64,000 bases of DNA. Origin: Rhodothermales bacterium. GTDB taxonomy: Bacteria; Bacteroidota; Rhodothermia; Rhodothermales; JABDKH01. Below the pieces are notes generated by a model, which searched no databases, was not told the origin of the DNA, and saw only the letters and a list, made by a program, of their open reading frames with translations. The number at the start of each line of letters is the position of its first letter. The first letter of the stretch is position 1. The DNA lies in contig JABDKO010000197.1 of NCBI GenBank assembly GCA_013002165.1, positions 224-64,223 on the forward strand, written 5' to 3'. The translations under genes and the position numbers were made by a program. Of the stretch, positions 38,521 through 48,519 are shown in pieces.

Positions 38521-39471
38521 CTAGGACGAACCCATCGATTTCTTCAGGGCTTCTATTGCTTCGTCCAGATCACCGTTGGAATCGGTATCCACCTCTGAAA
38601 GTACACTCCTGGCTATTGATATTTGTCCGTGAGCCAGAGCAAGCTTGGCCTTGAAGTAGGCTATCAACTGATCCATGTTCCCCGGGTTGTTTGTTTCGAA
38701 GACTGCCCCCAGTGCCCTGTCTGCCGTTGAGAGTGCGACAGGATCATAGCGTCTGAACAATCCCAGCGTCGATACCTGCGCCTGCCTTAACATGTTTGCT
38801 CCATCCAACAGGGATGCAACGCTTTCGTCCATAACCGGGTCTCCCCGCTGGTGGGACAACAGGAGTTCGATTGCGGCATCGTCGCTGGCCAGATACGCGC
38901 TACGAATTTCAGTTGGCGTCGTGACAGTACTCGCCGCGAATAGGCCGGCATAAATCATTGCAAACAACAATACTGTAGCAGCCATCTGTCGAGTTACCGC
39001 AATCGCCATTCGCCGAACGCTTGATCGACTCGCACGGTATTTATGCGGCGGCTCTGATAACGCGCCCGGTAATCCCTCCAGTCCGTCCATAGCAACTGGT
39101 AGTGTCGGGATGTTGTCATCGAAGAACCTGAGGCGATCCTCCAGAACTGCAAGACGCCTGAACGCTTCGGGGTTGCCCTGAAGTGCGCCTTCGATGATAT
39201 TCAACGTTCTGGATATTACCGGAGACTGTATGTCCAGTTGATTCCTCTGTGCATAGAAGAGGAGGGCGTCATCTGACAGAGGGTTACGACTTAATTCCGT
39301 CGAGGCCAAAAGTGCCTTTTCAAAAAAAACGAGCTGACTGGCCTCATCGGCCAGTTCGGGCTCTGTCATAGCATAATCTATAAACTCGCGCCGCTCATCA
39401 GGAGAAAGCTCCCAGTACCGCGAGAACCAGCTTGAATCGTTGTCCATTTCTATAAGACCGCGTTTGCCCAT
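38521..39471 (-). CDS. Single-pass membrane protein, possible anti-sigma factor
   Basis: 316 aa with one central TM segment (MAATVLLFAMIYAGLFAAS). Lies immediately downstream of the sigma gene. No zinc anti-sigma motif (HxxxCxxC). The functional call rests on context only. Confidence 0.35.
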   Translation of the reverse strand: MGKRGLIEMDNDSSWFSRYWELSPDERREFIDYAMTEPELADEASQLVFFEKALLASTELSRNPLSDDALLFYAQRNQLDIQSPVISRTLNIIEGALQGNPEAFRRLAVLEDRLRFFDDNIPTLPVAMDGLEGLPGALSEPPHKYRASRSSVRRMAIAVTRQMAATVLLFAMIYAGLFAASTVTTPTEIRSAYLASDDAAIELLLSHQRGDPVMDESVASLLDGANMLRQAQVSTLGLFRRYDPVALSTADRALGAVFETNNPGNMDQLIAYFKAKLALAHGQISIARSVLSEVDTDSNGDLDEAIEALKKSMGSS

Positions 39472-39528
39472 TTATTCAGTTGCAGTGTACCACAATGACC
39501 ATAACACATGATTTCTTGATTCATAACC

Positions 39529-40191
39529 TTACTCCACCTCTTCGAAATACCGCATGAATCGCTTGTCGTTTCGGATGCGCTTCAATGCCTTGTTGACGTA
39601 CGACCGAATTGTTGGCACTGACTTCCCTGTTTCCTCGGCGATTGTGATGTAGTCCTGCTCCTCTACAATTCTCCGGGTTGCTATAGTTTGGAGGAAACTC
39701 GGCAGGCGTTCAATGGCCTGTCGCAGCGCACCCAGAAGGAGTCTCGAATCCATCCCCGTAGCGACAGGATCGTTAGCAGAGTAGAGCTGGGTATACGTTC
39801 GGTCTATCGAGATATACTTTCGTTTGCTTCGAACGTAGTTCAGGAATGTGTTCTTACATATGACACTAACCCAGTTGGCATATTTTTTAGATGCCCCCAG
39901 CGATTTTCGACCCCGGGCAACCTTCCGGAAACACTCGGCAATCATTTTGTCGTAATCAGCGATACTGCCGTCAAAATCCCGGGCGTACTTCATCTGGTAG
40001 TACCGCCGAATGTAGCAGTATGTCCATACGTCTATCGCCTCATCATGAACGTGCTCGGGATCACCGTAATTGTCGAAGTATAGAGCGTTGACACGGTCCG
40101 TATCATCCAGGCTGAATGGTATCCTCTCCAGCAGACTGGCTGGCGTTCCGGTGGCGTCGGTGTAGTATTTTGTTTTACGGTTGGTTGCCAA
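39529..40191 (-). CDS. Sigma-70 family (ECF-like) RNA polymerase sigma factor
   Basis: Region-2-like YANWVSVICKNTFLNYVRSKRK and a region-4 HTH (YITIAEETGKSVPTIRSYVNKALKRIR). The ORF is open to 40422, but the upstream part is Cys/Arg-rich and has no Met. A TTG at 40191 is proposed as the start, with low certainty. Confidence 0.7.
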   Translation of the reverse strand: MATNRKTKYYTDATGTPASLLERIPFSLDDTDRVNALYFDNYGDPEHVHDEAIDVWTYCYIRRYYQMKYARDFDGSIADYDKMIAECFRKVARGRKSLGASKKYANWVSVICKNTFLNYVRSKRKYISIDRTYTQLYSANDPVATGMDSRLLLGALRQAIERLPSFLQTIATRRIVEEQDYITIAEETGKSVPTIRSYVNKALKRIRNDKRFMRYFEEVE

Positions 40192-40441
40192 GGCACTATT
40201 ACTCGTAAATATTACGCGAAGAATAGACTGGATTAGACTACCTCGCAACCCTGTTGAGGTTGTTCGGGCACATATCCTGCCTGCCCCGCAAGTAAGACCC
40301 TTCGAGCGTCGCTTGCCAATGACTGTCTTAATTGCTTGTAAACGGGTTCTGGCGTAAATTATCGGGCTGCGGCAAATTCCATTTCGGAGAGCCTCCTGGC
40401 ACGAATTACTGCTGCAGACCATTATTTAACGTTAGAAATCA

Positions 40442-40885
40442 ATGCAGACTAATAGCTATAGGACCGAGAGCACGCGTCCTGCTGATGTAGAGCGGTCATG
40501 GTATATCGTGGACGCCGAGAATATGATAGTCGGGCGCCTGTGTTCGAAAGTCGCATCCATCCTGCGCGGCAAGCACAAGCCGACCTTCACTCCACATGTC
40601 GATACCGGCGATTACGTCATCGTCATTAACGCTGAGAAGATTCGCTTTACCGGCGCGAAGGAAATGAAGAAAGAGTACTTCTCTTACAGCGGGTACCCCG
40701 GCGGTGAAAAACTGGTGCCACCAAAAGATGTGCGCAGGAAGAAGCCGACGTTCATCGTAGAAAATGCAGTCCGTGGGATGCTCCCGAAAGGCAGCCTTGG
40801 GCGGCAGATGTTCAAGAAACTCAAAGTCTACGCCGGCACCGAACATCCGCACGAAGCTCAACAACCCGAACCGCTAGCTATTTAA
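40442..40885 (+). CDS. rplM: 50S ribosomal protein L13
   Basis: 147 aa. [16 protein letters not shown] is canonical L13. Confidence 0.97.
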   Translation: MQTNSYRTESTRPADVERSWYIVDAENMIVGRLCSKVASILRGKHKPTFTPHVDTGDYVIVINAEKIRFTGAKEMKKEYFSYSGYPGGEKLVPPKDVRRKKPTFIVENAVRGMLPKGSLGRQMFKKLKVYAGTEHPHEAQQPEPLAI

Positions 40886-40897
40886 AGGATCGTATAT

Positions 40898-41293
40898 ATG
40901 GCAGCCCCAGTACAATATCAGGCCATTGGTCGTCGCAAAACATCTGTTGCTCGAGTATACCTTCGTCCGGGCTCCGGCAAGGTTGTCGTCAACAAACGAC
41001 CGATTGAAGACTACTTCCCGCAGGAAATCCGGCGGATTCAGATCAATGTCCCCTTCGCTGTTACAGAAACTGAAGGGCAGTTTGACGTCGTCGTAAACGC
41101 ACGCGGCGGTGGACTGACGGGCCAGGCCGAGGCAACCCGTCTCGGGATCGCCCGCGCGCTCCTTCTGTTCAATGAGGAGTTTCGTATCCCGCTACGTGCA
41201 GCAGACGTTCTGACAAGGGATCCGAGAATGGTCGAACGTAAGAAGTACGGTCAGCCTAAAGCACGTAAACGCTTCCAGTTCTCGAAACGATAG
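40898..41293 (+). CDS. rpsI: 30S ribosomal protein S9
   Basis: 131 aa ending KYGQPKARKRFQFSKR. Confidence 0.97.
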   Translation: MAAPVQYQAIGRRKTSVARVYLRPGSGKVVVNKRPIEDYFPQEIRRIQINVPFAVTETEGQFDVVVNARGGGLTGQAEATRLGIARALLLFNEEFRIPLRAADVLTRDPRMVERKKYGQPKARKRFQFSKR

Positions 41294-41405
41294 TTTCCGA
41301 CTGGTACCTTTTTTAATCACGCATACTGCCGGATGTTGGTCCGGGTGCCCTCTGGGTGAGATCAACAGGTGAACGCAGTAGAGGAATAATAACCCGATAC
41401 ATACT

Positions 41406-42275
41406 ATGAGCAATGAGAACGGTCAACCACGCGTTGACGTAGAAACTCTGTTGAAGGCCGGCACGCATTTCGGCCACCTGACCAGCCGTTGGAATCCGAA
41501 GATGAGAGATTTCGTCTTCATGGAGCGCAACGGAATCCACATCATCGACCTGACCCAGACTCAGGAGCTGCTCGATAAAGCAGCAGACGCCGCAGCGCGT
41601 TTCGCAAAGCAGGGTAAGAAGATCCTCTTTACGGGAACGAAGAAGCAGGCGAGAGAGACCCTGCGCAAATACGCTGACGAATGTGGGTCTCCATATGTAG
41701 TCGAGCGCTGGCTCGGCGGAACCCTCACTAACTTTCAGACGATCCGCAAAAGCATCCGCCGCATGGAGGATCTGGTGAAGATGGAAGAGGAAGGGGTGAT
41801 GGATCAGCTCAAGAAGAAGGAGCGCCTCATGAAAGCGCGGGAGCGTGAGAAGCTGGAGAAAATCCTGACAGGTATCTCCAAAATGGCGCGACTTCCCGGA
41901 GCACTCTTTGTCGTTGATATCAACCGCGAACACATTGCGGTGAATGAAGCGCGTAAACTGGGTATCCCGATTATCGCACTCGTCGATACGAATTGCGACC
42001 CCGACCTCGTCAACTTCCCGATTCCGTCAAACGATGACGCCCTGAAGAGCATAGAGTTGATTGCCTCGGTGATCTCTGCAGCCGTCCAGGAGGGCTCCAA
42101 GGCCAGAGACCTGCAGCTCCTCGCGGAGGCCGAAGAGAAGAAGAAGCGTAAACAGGAAGCAGACGCGAAGGCATCCAAGAAGAAAGCAGCGGCTGCTGCC
42201 GCTAAAGCCGCCAAGGAAGCAGAAGAAGCAGAAGACGACGCCGCCACTGCAGAAGCTGACGCTAAAGAAGCCTAG
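41406..42275 (+). CDS. rpsB: 30S ribosomal protein S2 with Lys/Ala/Glu-rich C-terminal tail
   Basis: LLKAGTHFGH and the S2 core, followed by a ~50-aa low-complexity tail (EEKKKRKQEADAKASKKKAAAAAAKAAKEAEEAEDD...). Confidence 0.97.
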   Translation: MSNENGQPRVDVETLLKAGTHFGHLTSRWNPKMRDFVFMERNGIHIIDLTQTQELLDKAADAAARFAKQGKKILFTGTKKQARETLRKYADECGSPYVVERWLGGTLTNFQTIRKSIRRMEDLVKMEEEGVMDQLKKKERLMKAREREKLEKILTGISKMARLPGALFVVDINREHIAVNEARKLGIPIIALVDTNCDPDLVNFPIPSNDDALKSIELIASVISAAVQEGSKARDLQLLAEAEEKKKRKQEADAKASKKKAAAAAAKAAKEAEEAEDDAATAEADAKEA

Positions 42276-42370
42276 GGCTTTCGACAGACAGTTATCCGGC
42301 ATAGTAGTAACGTTTGCTGTGTTTTCGATACGTAGTGAACCAACATTTGAATCCAAGTAATAAGAAGACA

Positions 42371-43195
42371 ATGAATATTTCGGCGAAAGACGTCAAGAAA
42401 CTGAGAGACCAAACCGGCGTCGGTATGATGGACTGCAAGAAGGCCCTTACTGAAGCCGGCGGTGATTTCGATGCAGCTGTCGAGCTGCTGCGGAAGAAAG
42501 GTCAGAAGGTCGCCGCGAAACGCGCTGACCGTGATGCGAAGGAGGGAATTATTGCTACTGCCTCGTCAGACGATGGCAGCACTGCAGTAATAGTAGAGGT
42601 CAACTGCGAAACAGATTTTGTCGCGCGAAACGACGACTTCCAGAACTTCGCCTCCAGCATTGCCGAGCTCATACTTGATAAACTTCCTGCTGACCGCGAT
42701 GCACTCATGGCACTCGACCTTGATGGGCGCACCCTCGAATCTGCCATCACCGAAATGACGGGTAAGATTGGCGAGAAGATTGACGTCCGACGATTTGAAA
42801 TCGTCTCTACTGACGGAAAGGCCGTTTCGTATATCCATCCAGGATCTCGACTCGGCGTCGTTGTTGAGATTCATGGCAATGGCGAGTCCGCTTCAGTCGG
42901 TCGCGACGTAGCCATGCAGGTAGCCGCTCTTAATCCGGTTGCCGCCACTCGCGACGAGGTACCGCAGGAGTTCAAGGACAAGGAGATGGAAATTGCTCGC
43001 GATGCCGCACGAAATGAAGGCAAGCCCGAAAAGATTCTCGACAGGATCGCCGAAGGTAAGCTTGAGCGCTACTACAAGGATCACGTACTAACAGAGCAGC
43101 CCTTCGTTAAGGACTCTTCGGTCAAAGTGGGAGACCTTCTCTCCGACGCGGGACTCGAAGTCAAACGATACGTACGCTTTGCGCTAGGCGACTAG
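42371..43195 (+). CDS. tsf: Translation elongation factor Ts
   Basis: [26 protein letters not shown]. Start trimmed from 42314 to the conserved N-terminus. Confidence 0.95.
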   Translation: MNISAKDVKKLRDQTGVGMMDCKKALTEAGGDFDAAVELLRKKGQKVAAKRADRDAKEGIIATASSDDGSTAVIVEVNCETDFVARNDDFQNFASSIAELILDKLPADRDALMALDLDGRTLESAITEMTGKIGEKIDVRRFEIVSTDGKAVSYIHPGSRLGVVVEIHGNGESASVGRDVAMQVAALNPVAATRDEVPQEFKDKEMEIARDAARNEGKPEKILDRIAEGKLERYYKDHVLTEQPFVKDSSVKVGDLLSDAGLEVKRYVRFALGD

Positions 43196-43212
43196 AGTGA
43201 GCAGCAGAATGT

Positions 43213-43248
43213 AAAAAAGGGCATGGCATCTTCGCTGTGCCCTTTTTT
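43213..43248 (+). terminator. Rho-independent terminator after tsf
   Basis: AAAAAAGGGCA...TGCCCTTTTTT: a GC stem flanked by complementary A and T tracts, 18 nt after the tsf stop. Confidence 0.7.
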
Positions 43249-43328
43249 AGTACATGGACGGTTCAAAATCACGATTGCATCAGTTGTAACGAGACCCTAG
43301 CTTTCACGAAGACGTACAAAAACACACC

Positions 43329-44072
43329 ATGGCGACCAAGTACAACCGAATCCTCCTGAAAGTCAGCGGCGAAGCCCTTCAGGGTAACAGCGGCTACGGC
43401 ATTGACCCTGCCGTTATTTCTGTCTATGCGCAGGAAATCAAGGAGATCGTCGGCCTTGGAGTCGAGGTTGCAATCGTAATCGGAGGAGGGAATATCTTTC
43501 GAGGGGTTCAGAACGCTACGGAAGGAATGACCCGGGCACACGCCGATTATATGGGGATGCTCGCAACAATGATCAATGCGATGGCCCTCCAGGATGCACT
43601 TGAACAGGCAGACCTCCAGACGCGATTGCTTTCAAGCATTAAAATGGAACAGATCGCAGAGCCCTTTATTCGCCGACGGGCAATCAGACACCTCGAAAAG
43701 GACCGCATTGTCATCTTCGGAGCGGGTACAGGTAACCCTTATTTCACGACAGATACGACGGCAGCGCTCAGAGCACTTGAAATTGACGCCGATGTAATTC
43801 TGAAAGGCACCAAAGTTGACGGCGTTTTTACTGCCGACCCCGCCAGCGATTCAACTGCCCGACAGTACGAGACTATAAACGGAAACGAGGTAATACGGCA
43901 GGGCCTGAAGGTCATGGACATGACCGCTTTTACACTTTGCGGAGAATCCAAAATGCCTATCATCGTTTTCAACATCAATGAGAAGGGCCTTCTGAAACGT
44001 ATCGTGGAAGGAGAGGCGGTCGGGACTCTGGTTCACTGGGAAGACCAGAAGCTTGAAAGCGAATATGCGTAA
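43329..44072 (+). CDS. pyrH: UMP kinase
   Basis: [21 protein letters not shown] and [11 protein letters not shown] motifs. Confidence 0.95.
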   Translation: MATKYNRILLKVSGEALQGNSGYGIDPAVISVYAQEIKEIVGLGVEVAIVIGGGNIFRGVQNATEGMTRAHADYMGMLATMINAMALQDALEQADLQTRLLSSIKMEQIAEPFIRRRAIRHLEKDRIVIFGAGTGNPYFTTDTTAALRALEIDADVILKGTKVDGVFTADPASDSTARQYETINGNEVIRQGLKVMDMTAFTLCGESKMPIIVFNINEKGLLKRIVEGEAVGTLVHWEDQKLESEYA

Positions 44073-44176
44073 CAGCTGCGCCTCGATGTTCATGGCATGA
44101 TTTATGGACGTATGTATGTCAGCACTGCAATAGCTTGCAGCTAGCTGACGTTAATATCCAAAACAACGTTACTACT

Positions 44177-44746
44177 ATGGTTGACGAACATATTAAGTCG
44201 ATTCTTGCTGAGGCGGACGACACAATGAACAAGGCCCTCGATCATTTTCTTGGGGAGATGGCGACGATCCGTGCCGGGCGGGCAACACCTGGAATGGTTG
44301 AAAGTGTTCGGGTTGAATTTTATGGCTCTGTGATGCCGCTGAACCAGATCGCCAGCGTCAGTGCACCCCAGCACGACTTGCTGGTGATTCAACCGTGGGA
44401 CAAGAATGCACTTGAACCCATCGAGAAGGCAATACAGACATCCAACATGGGTTTGAACCCTGCAAATGATGGCGCCCTGATACGCATTCCGGTACCACCT
44501 CTATCAGAGGAGCGACGGAAAGACCTCGTCAAAACGGCACGAGCCCGAGGTGAAGACGCCAAAGTTGCGATTCGCAACATTCGCCGACACGCCAAAGATG
44601 GAATCAAGTCGCTGCATGAAAACGAACATCTGCCCGAAGACATGCGATATGAGGGCGAAGAAAAATTGCAGAAACTGACCGACGATCATATTCAGAAAAT
44701 TGATGATCTGCTCGATCGGAAAGAAGCAGAAATAATGGAGGTTTAA
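44177..44746 (+). CDS. frr: Ribosome recycling factor
   Basis: RAGRATPGMVESVRVEFYG and LNPANDGALIRIPVPPLSEERR. Start trimmed to the Met at 44177. Confidence 0.93.
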   Translation: MVDEHIKSILAEADDTMNKALDHFLGEMATIRAGRATPGMVESVRVEFYGSVMPLNQIASVSAPQHDLLVIQPWDKNALEPIEKAIQTSNMGLNPANDGALIRIPVPPLSEERRKDLVKTARARGEDAKVAIRNIRRHAKDGIKSLHENEHLPEDMRYEGEEKLQKLTDDHIQKIDDLLDRKEAEIMEV

Positions 44747-44756
44747 CCTTCATCCT

Positions 44757-44845
<89 letters not shown>

Positions 44846-44886
44846 ATCCTTACTATCCACCGTAAACACTTGTGAGCGCGTAGGCT

Positions 44887-45768
44887 ATGATTCACAGTAT
44901 GACCGGCTTCGGTCGCGCAACGGCAGAAGTTGACAACCTTTCTGCGACGGTGGAACTGAAATCAGTAAACAACCGCTTTTGTGAGGTGTCCATTCGTGCA
45001 CCGCGCTATCTGTTTGATCGCGAAAACGAAATTCAGAACCGTCTGAAAAAGGTCTTCGCGCGCGGGCGTATCTCCGTGCAGATTCAGATCGACAGGAAGT
45101 CAACTGAGCAACCTGAGATCACCCTCAACAAAACAGCCGTCAAATACTACGCGCGCTTGTTCAAGGACCTCAAGAAAGTTGCCGGCGCTTCTGATCGCGT
45201 ACAGTTAAACCACCTCCTTCGATTTGAGGATGACATATTCCTGAAGTCAACAAAGGCCCGCGACCGTGATGTGACCTGGAGTGTTGTTAAAGCTGCGCTC
45301 GATGCCGCTATCGAGGGTCTTCAGGATATGAGGAAGCACGAGGGTCGGGCTCTTGAAACGGATCTCCTGACTGGCGTCACAAGAATTGCGGCATACTGCG
45401 ATGATGTCAAACGATTGGCTCCGGAGCGCGTTGCTGCGGCACGCGAAAAGCTCCAGCAGCGCATCACTGACATGATAGGCGCCGAACGAGTCAACGAGGA
45501 GCGACTCGAACAGGAAATTGCGATGCTGTCAGACAAGCTTGACGTGAACGAAGAATCTGTTCGTCTTGATTCTCATCTTGTGCTTTTTCGCGATGCACTC
45601 AAGAATTCCGACCCGGTCGGTCGAAAGCTCAACTTTATCGTTCAGGAGATGAACCGCGAGATAAACACTATCGGTTCCAAATCAAACGACAGTAGTCTTA
45701 CCGAGGTCGTCGTAGCGATGAAAGAGGAACTGGAACGGATCCGCGAGCAGGTAGAAAATGTCGAATGA
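44887..45768 (+). CDS. yicC: YicC-family stress-induced protein
   Basis: MIHSMTGFG N-terminus and the C-terminal DUF1732 block FIVQEMNREINTIGSK. Confidence 0.85.
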   Translation: MIHSMTGFGRATAEVDNLSATVELKSVNNRFCEVSIRAPRYLFDRENEIQNRLKKVFARGRISVQIQIDRKSTEQPEITLNKTAVKYYARLFKDLKKVAGASDRVQLNHLLRFEDDIFLKSTKARDRDVTWSVVKAALDAAIEGLQDMRKHEGRALETDLLTGVTRIAAYCDDVKRLAPERVAAAREKLQQRITDMIGAERVNEERLEQEIAMLSDKLDVNEESVRLDSHLVLFRDALKNSDPVGRKLNFIVQEMNREINTIGSKSNDSSLTEVVVAMKEELERIREQVENVE

Positions 45769-46369
45769 CATAAACCCCCTGGCAACCATCATTGTTTTGA
45801 CAGCTCCGAGCGGAGCCGGAAAGACGACGATTGCCCGCGGTGCAATCAAGTTACTACCGCACCTTCGATTCTCGGTATCAGCAACAACGCGCCCCATTCG
45901 CGACTACGAAGTTGATGGCAAAGATTATCATTTCGTTTCCCGCGAGCGGTTCGATGAACTCGTCGCGACTGGCGCATTCCTGGAATACGAGGAGGTGTAT
46001 GCAGACAGATTCTACGGGACATTATGGTCCGAAGTCGAAGCCTCGTCGCCGTCCCATCCAGTTCTCCTGGACATTGACGTCCTCGGCGCCGGGCGGGTAA
46101 AGAAGAAATTTGGCGATCAGGCCCTGGCGATCTTTGTCGCACCTCCGAGTCTGGAAGTTCTCAAAACCCGGCTGGTTGACCGAAAGACTGAAGATTCGGA
46201 GTCAATCGACCTCCGCATTTCCCGGGCGCGAATGGAAATTTCAATGGCAGATAGATTCGACCACTCTGTCGTGAATGAGGACATCGATAAAGCAATTTCT
46301 GAAACTGTGGGCTACGTCGAACGTTTTCTGACCCGCCGGATTCAGGAGTGTGCTCAGAAGAGCGATTAA
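45758..46369 (+). CDS. gmk: Guanylate kinase
   Basis: P-loop APSGAGKTT, TTRPIRDYEVDGKDYHF. Confidence 0.93.
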   Translation: MSNDINPLATIIVLTAPSGAGKTTIARGAIKLLPHLRFSVSATTRPIRDYEVDGKDYHFVSRERFDELVATGAFLEYEEVYADRFYGTLWSEVEASSPSHPVLLDIDVLGAGRVKKKFGDQALAIFVAPPSLEVLKTRLVDRKTEDSESIDLRISRARMEISMADRFDHSVVNEDIDKAISETVGYVERFLTRRIQECAQKSD

Positions 46370-46411
46370 TCGGTACACCCTTAGCCGCGATTATATGTAC
46401 AGTTCAAAGGT

Positions 46412-47635
46412 ATGAGCACGAAGCTATTACATATCTCCGGTAAGCGAATCATTGTGGGCGTCAGCGGTGGAATCGCAGCGTACAAATCAGCAGAACTGAT
46501 TCGCATTTTCAAGCGCGCCGGCGCTGAAGTGCGTGTCGTCATGACCCACGACGCAGCACGATTTGTTACGCCGCTCACGCTGGGTACTCTTTCGGAATCT
46601 GAGGTTCTCAGCGAGATCTTTCCTGAAAATGAAGACGGTAGTTGGACCAAGCATGTTAATCTCGGTCTATGGGCCGACATTTTTGTTATTGCACCCGCAA
46701 CCGCACACACTATTGCAGGCCTCGCAAATGGCTCATGCGATTCGATGCTTACCGCCATCGCGCTGTCCGCACGATGCCCGATCCTTGTTTGCCCATCCAT
46801 GGATCACGACATGTTTGTACACGCTTCGACTACGACTAATCTGGAAAAGCTCGCCTCCTTCGAATACCATGTGCTGGAGCCGGATCATGGCGAACTGGCA
46901 AGTGGTCTCGTTGGAAAAGGACGGCTTCCAGAACCAGAGGCCATTGCTGCAGCCGTAAACGAAATACTCGCCGGAGTGGTAGGGCCCCTCTCGGGCAAGA
47001 CTGTTCTGGTAACCGCGGGACCAACCCGAGAATCGATCGATCCGGTTCGCTTCGTATCAAACAGATCTACCGGTACTATGGGCTACATGCTTGCGGAAGC
47101 AGCCCGGGATCTTGGAGCAAGGGTCATACTGGTTTCAGGCCCGACGAATCTCTCTCCTCCGGACGGAGTGCTAACAATTGAGATTGAGTCCACATCCGAA
47201 ATGGCAGAGGCTGTTGGGCAGCACGATGACGCCGACGTAGTAATAATGGCCGCTGCCGTAGCCGACTTCAAACCTGAAAGCGTACACGATTCCAAAATCA
47301 AGAAATCATCTGTCGATGGCGATCTGTCTCTGCGACTTCAACGCACCACTGACATTCTTGCGACGCTGGGAGCCAACAAACACGATGGTCAGATTCTGAT
47401 TGGATTTGCCCTGGAAACTGACGACGGCATTCAAAATGCCACTGGTAAACTCGAGCGCAAGAAGCTCGACCTCATCGTTCTCAATAATCCTTCAGAGGAA
47501 GGTGCGGGGTTCGGGACCACCACGAATCGGGTTGATATCATCTCGCCCGATGGAGATGTTGAAAAGCTTCCAGTCCTCGACAAGCAGCAGGTCGCACGGC
47601 GAATCCTCGAAAGGGTTGTCGACTTGATTCCTTAG
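46412..47635 (+). CDS. coaBC: Bifunctional phosphopantothenoylcysteine decarboxylase / phosphopantothenate-cysteine ligase
   Basis: 407 aa. N-terminal flavoprotein domain (GVSGGIAAYK, PATAHTIAGLANG) and a C-terminal CoaB domain (FVSNRSTGTMG). Confidence 0.95.
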   Translation: MSTKLLHISGKRIIVGVSGGIAAYKSAELIRIFKRAGAEVRVVMTHDAARFVTPLTLGTLSESEVLSEIFPENEDGSWTKHVNLGLWADIFVIAPATAHTIAGLANGSCDSMLTAIALSARCPILVCPSMDHDMFVHASTTTNLEKLASFEYHVLEPDHGELASGLVGKGRLPEPEAIAAAVNEILAGVVGPLSGKTVLVTAGPTRESIDPVRFVSNRSTGTMGYMLAEAARDLGARVILVSGPTNLSPPDGVLTIEIESTSEMAEAVGQHDDADVVIMAAAVADFKPESVHDSKIKKSSVDGDLSLRLQRTTDILATLGANKHDGQILIGFALETDDGIQNATGKLERKKLDLIVLNNPSEEGAGFGTTTNRVDIISPDGDVEKLPVLDKQQVARRILERVVDLIP

Positions 47636-47777
47636 CGCGTGAGAATACCTTCTGATTGAATTTACATGGCGGGCATTTTGATGGCGTAATGAGATCGTTC
47701 GTCCACCGGTCCGCAAACATCGGATCCGTGCGCGCGTATGAAATTGTTACCTGAAGCAATCCATTTCGAGCCACATC

Positions 47778-48506
47778 ATGCCGACCGCTGAAGACCTGAA
47801 AGCCGAAGTACGCGAACTGAAGACTGCCATTGAAGATGCCGTCGCAATCGCGGGTCCAATTGCAATTCTTGACAAAGAACCCGCAGCGCCGCGCGAACCG
47901 CACCCTATTTCTGCACAGATCAAAGAGGACTCGATTCTGCACACATTCGACACTCTTGCAAGGGTCGAGAAATACGTCGCCGAGACGGTTCTTATCCCGC
48001 TTGACGAAACAAGAATTAACCCTGTGTTTGGCGTCGGTAGCGCCAACGCGGATCTAATGGTTGTCGGCGAGGCTCCCGGTGCTGATGAAGATCAACAGGG
48101 AGAACCTTTTGTCGGTCGAGCTGGTCAACTTCTCAACAAGATATTAGCAGCCATCGATTTTTCGCGCGACGAAGTATACATTGCTAACATTCTGAAGAGC
48201 AGGCCTCCCAAGAATAGAAACCCGCTGCCGGACGAAGTAGAAAGCCACATACCGATTCTGTACAAACAGATCGAACTGGTTAATCCAAGGATGATTCTGT
48301 GTGTTGGAAAGGTTGCGGCGAATGCTTTGCTCGGAAATAAAGACTCCCTTGGTAGTATGCGCGGGAAACTGCACGACCTTTTCGGTACACCGGTGGTCGT
48401 CACGTATCATCCTGCGGCACTGCTCCGGAATCCCAATTGGAAAAAGAGTACCTGGGAGGATGTGCAGTATTTGCGTGACCGTTTCAACGAACTGACGACT
48501 TCCTGA
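47778..48506 (+). CDS. Uracil-DNA glycosylase, family-4-like, with ~70-aa N-terminal extension
   Basis: Motif A GEAPGADEDQQGEPFVGRAGQLL and motif B HPAALLRNP. Only one Cys in the entire protein. Confidence 0.85.
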   Translation: MPTAEDLKAEVRELKTAIEDAVAIAGPIAILDKEPAAPREPHPISAQIKEDSILHTFDTLARVEKYVAETVLIPLDETRINPVFGVGSANADLMVVGEAPGADEDQQGEPFVGRAGQLLNKILAAIDFSRDEVYIANILKSRPPKNRNPLPDEVESHIPILYKQIELVNPRMILCVGKVAANALLGNKDSLGSMRGKLHDLFGTPVVVTYHPAALLRNPNWKKSTWEDVQYLRDRFNELTTS

Positions 48507-48519
48507 GCCTTTACCTGTA

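Noticed and set aside
41313-41933. 206-aa minus-strand ORF
   Set aside because: It is antisense to rpsB and to the rpsI-rpsB spacer. It has no motifs, whereas rpsB is certain.
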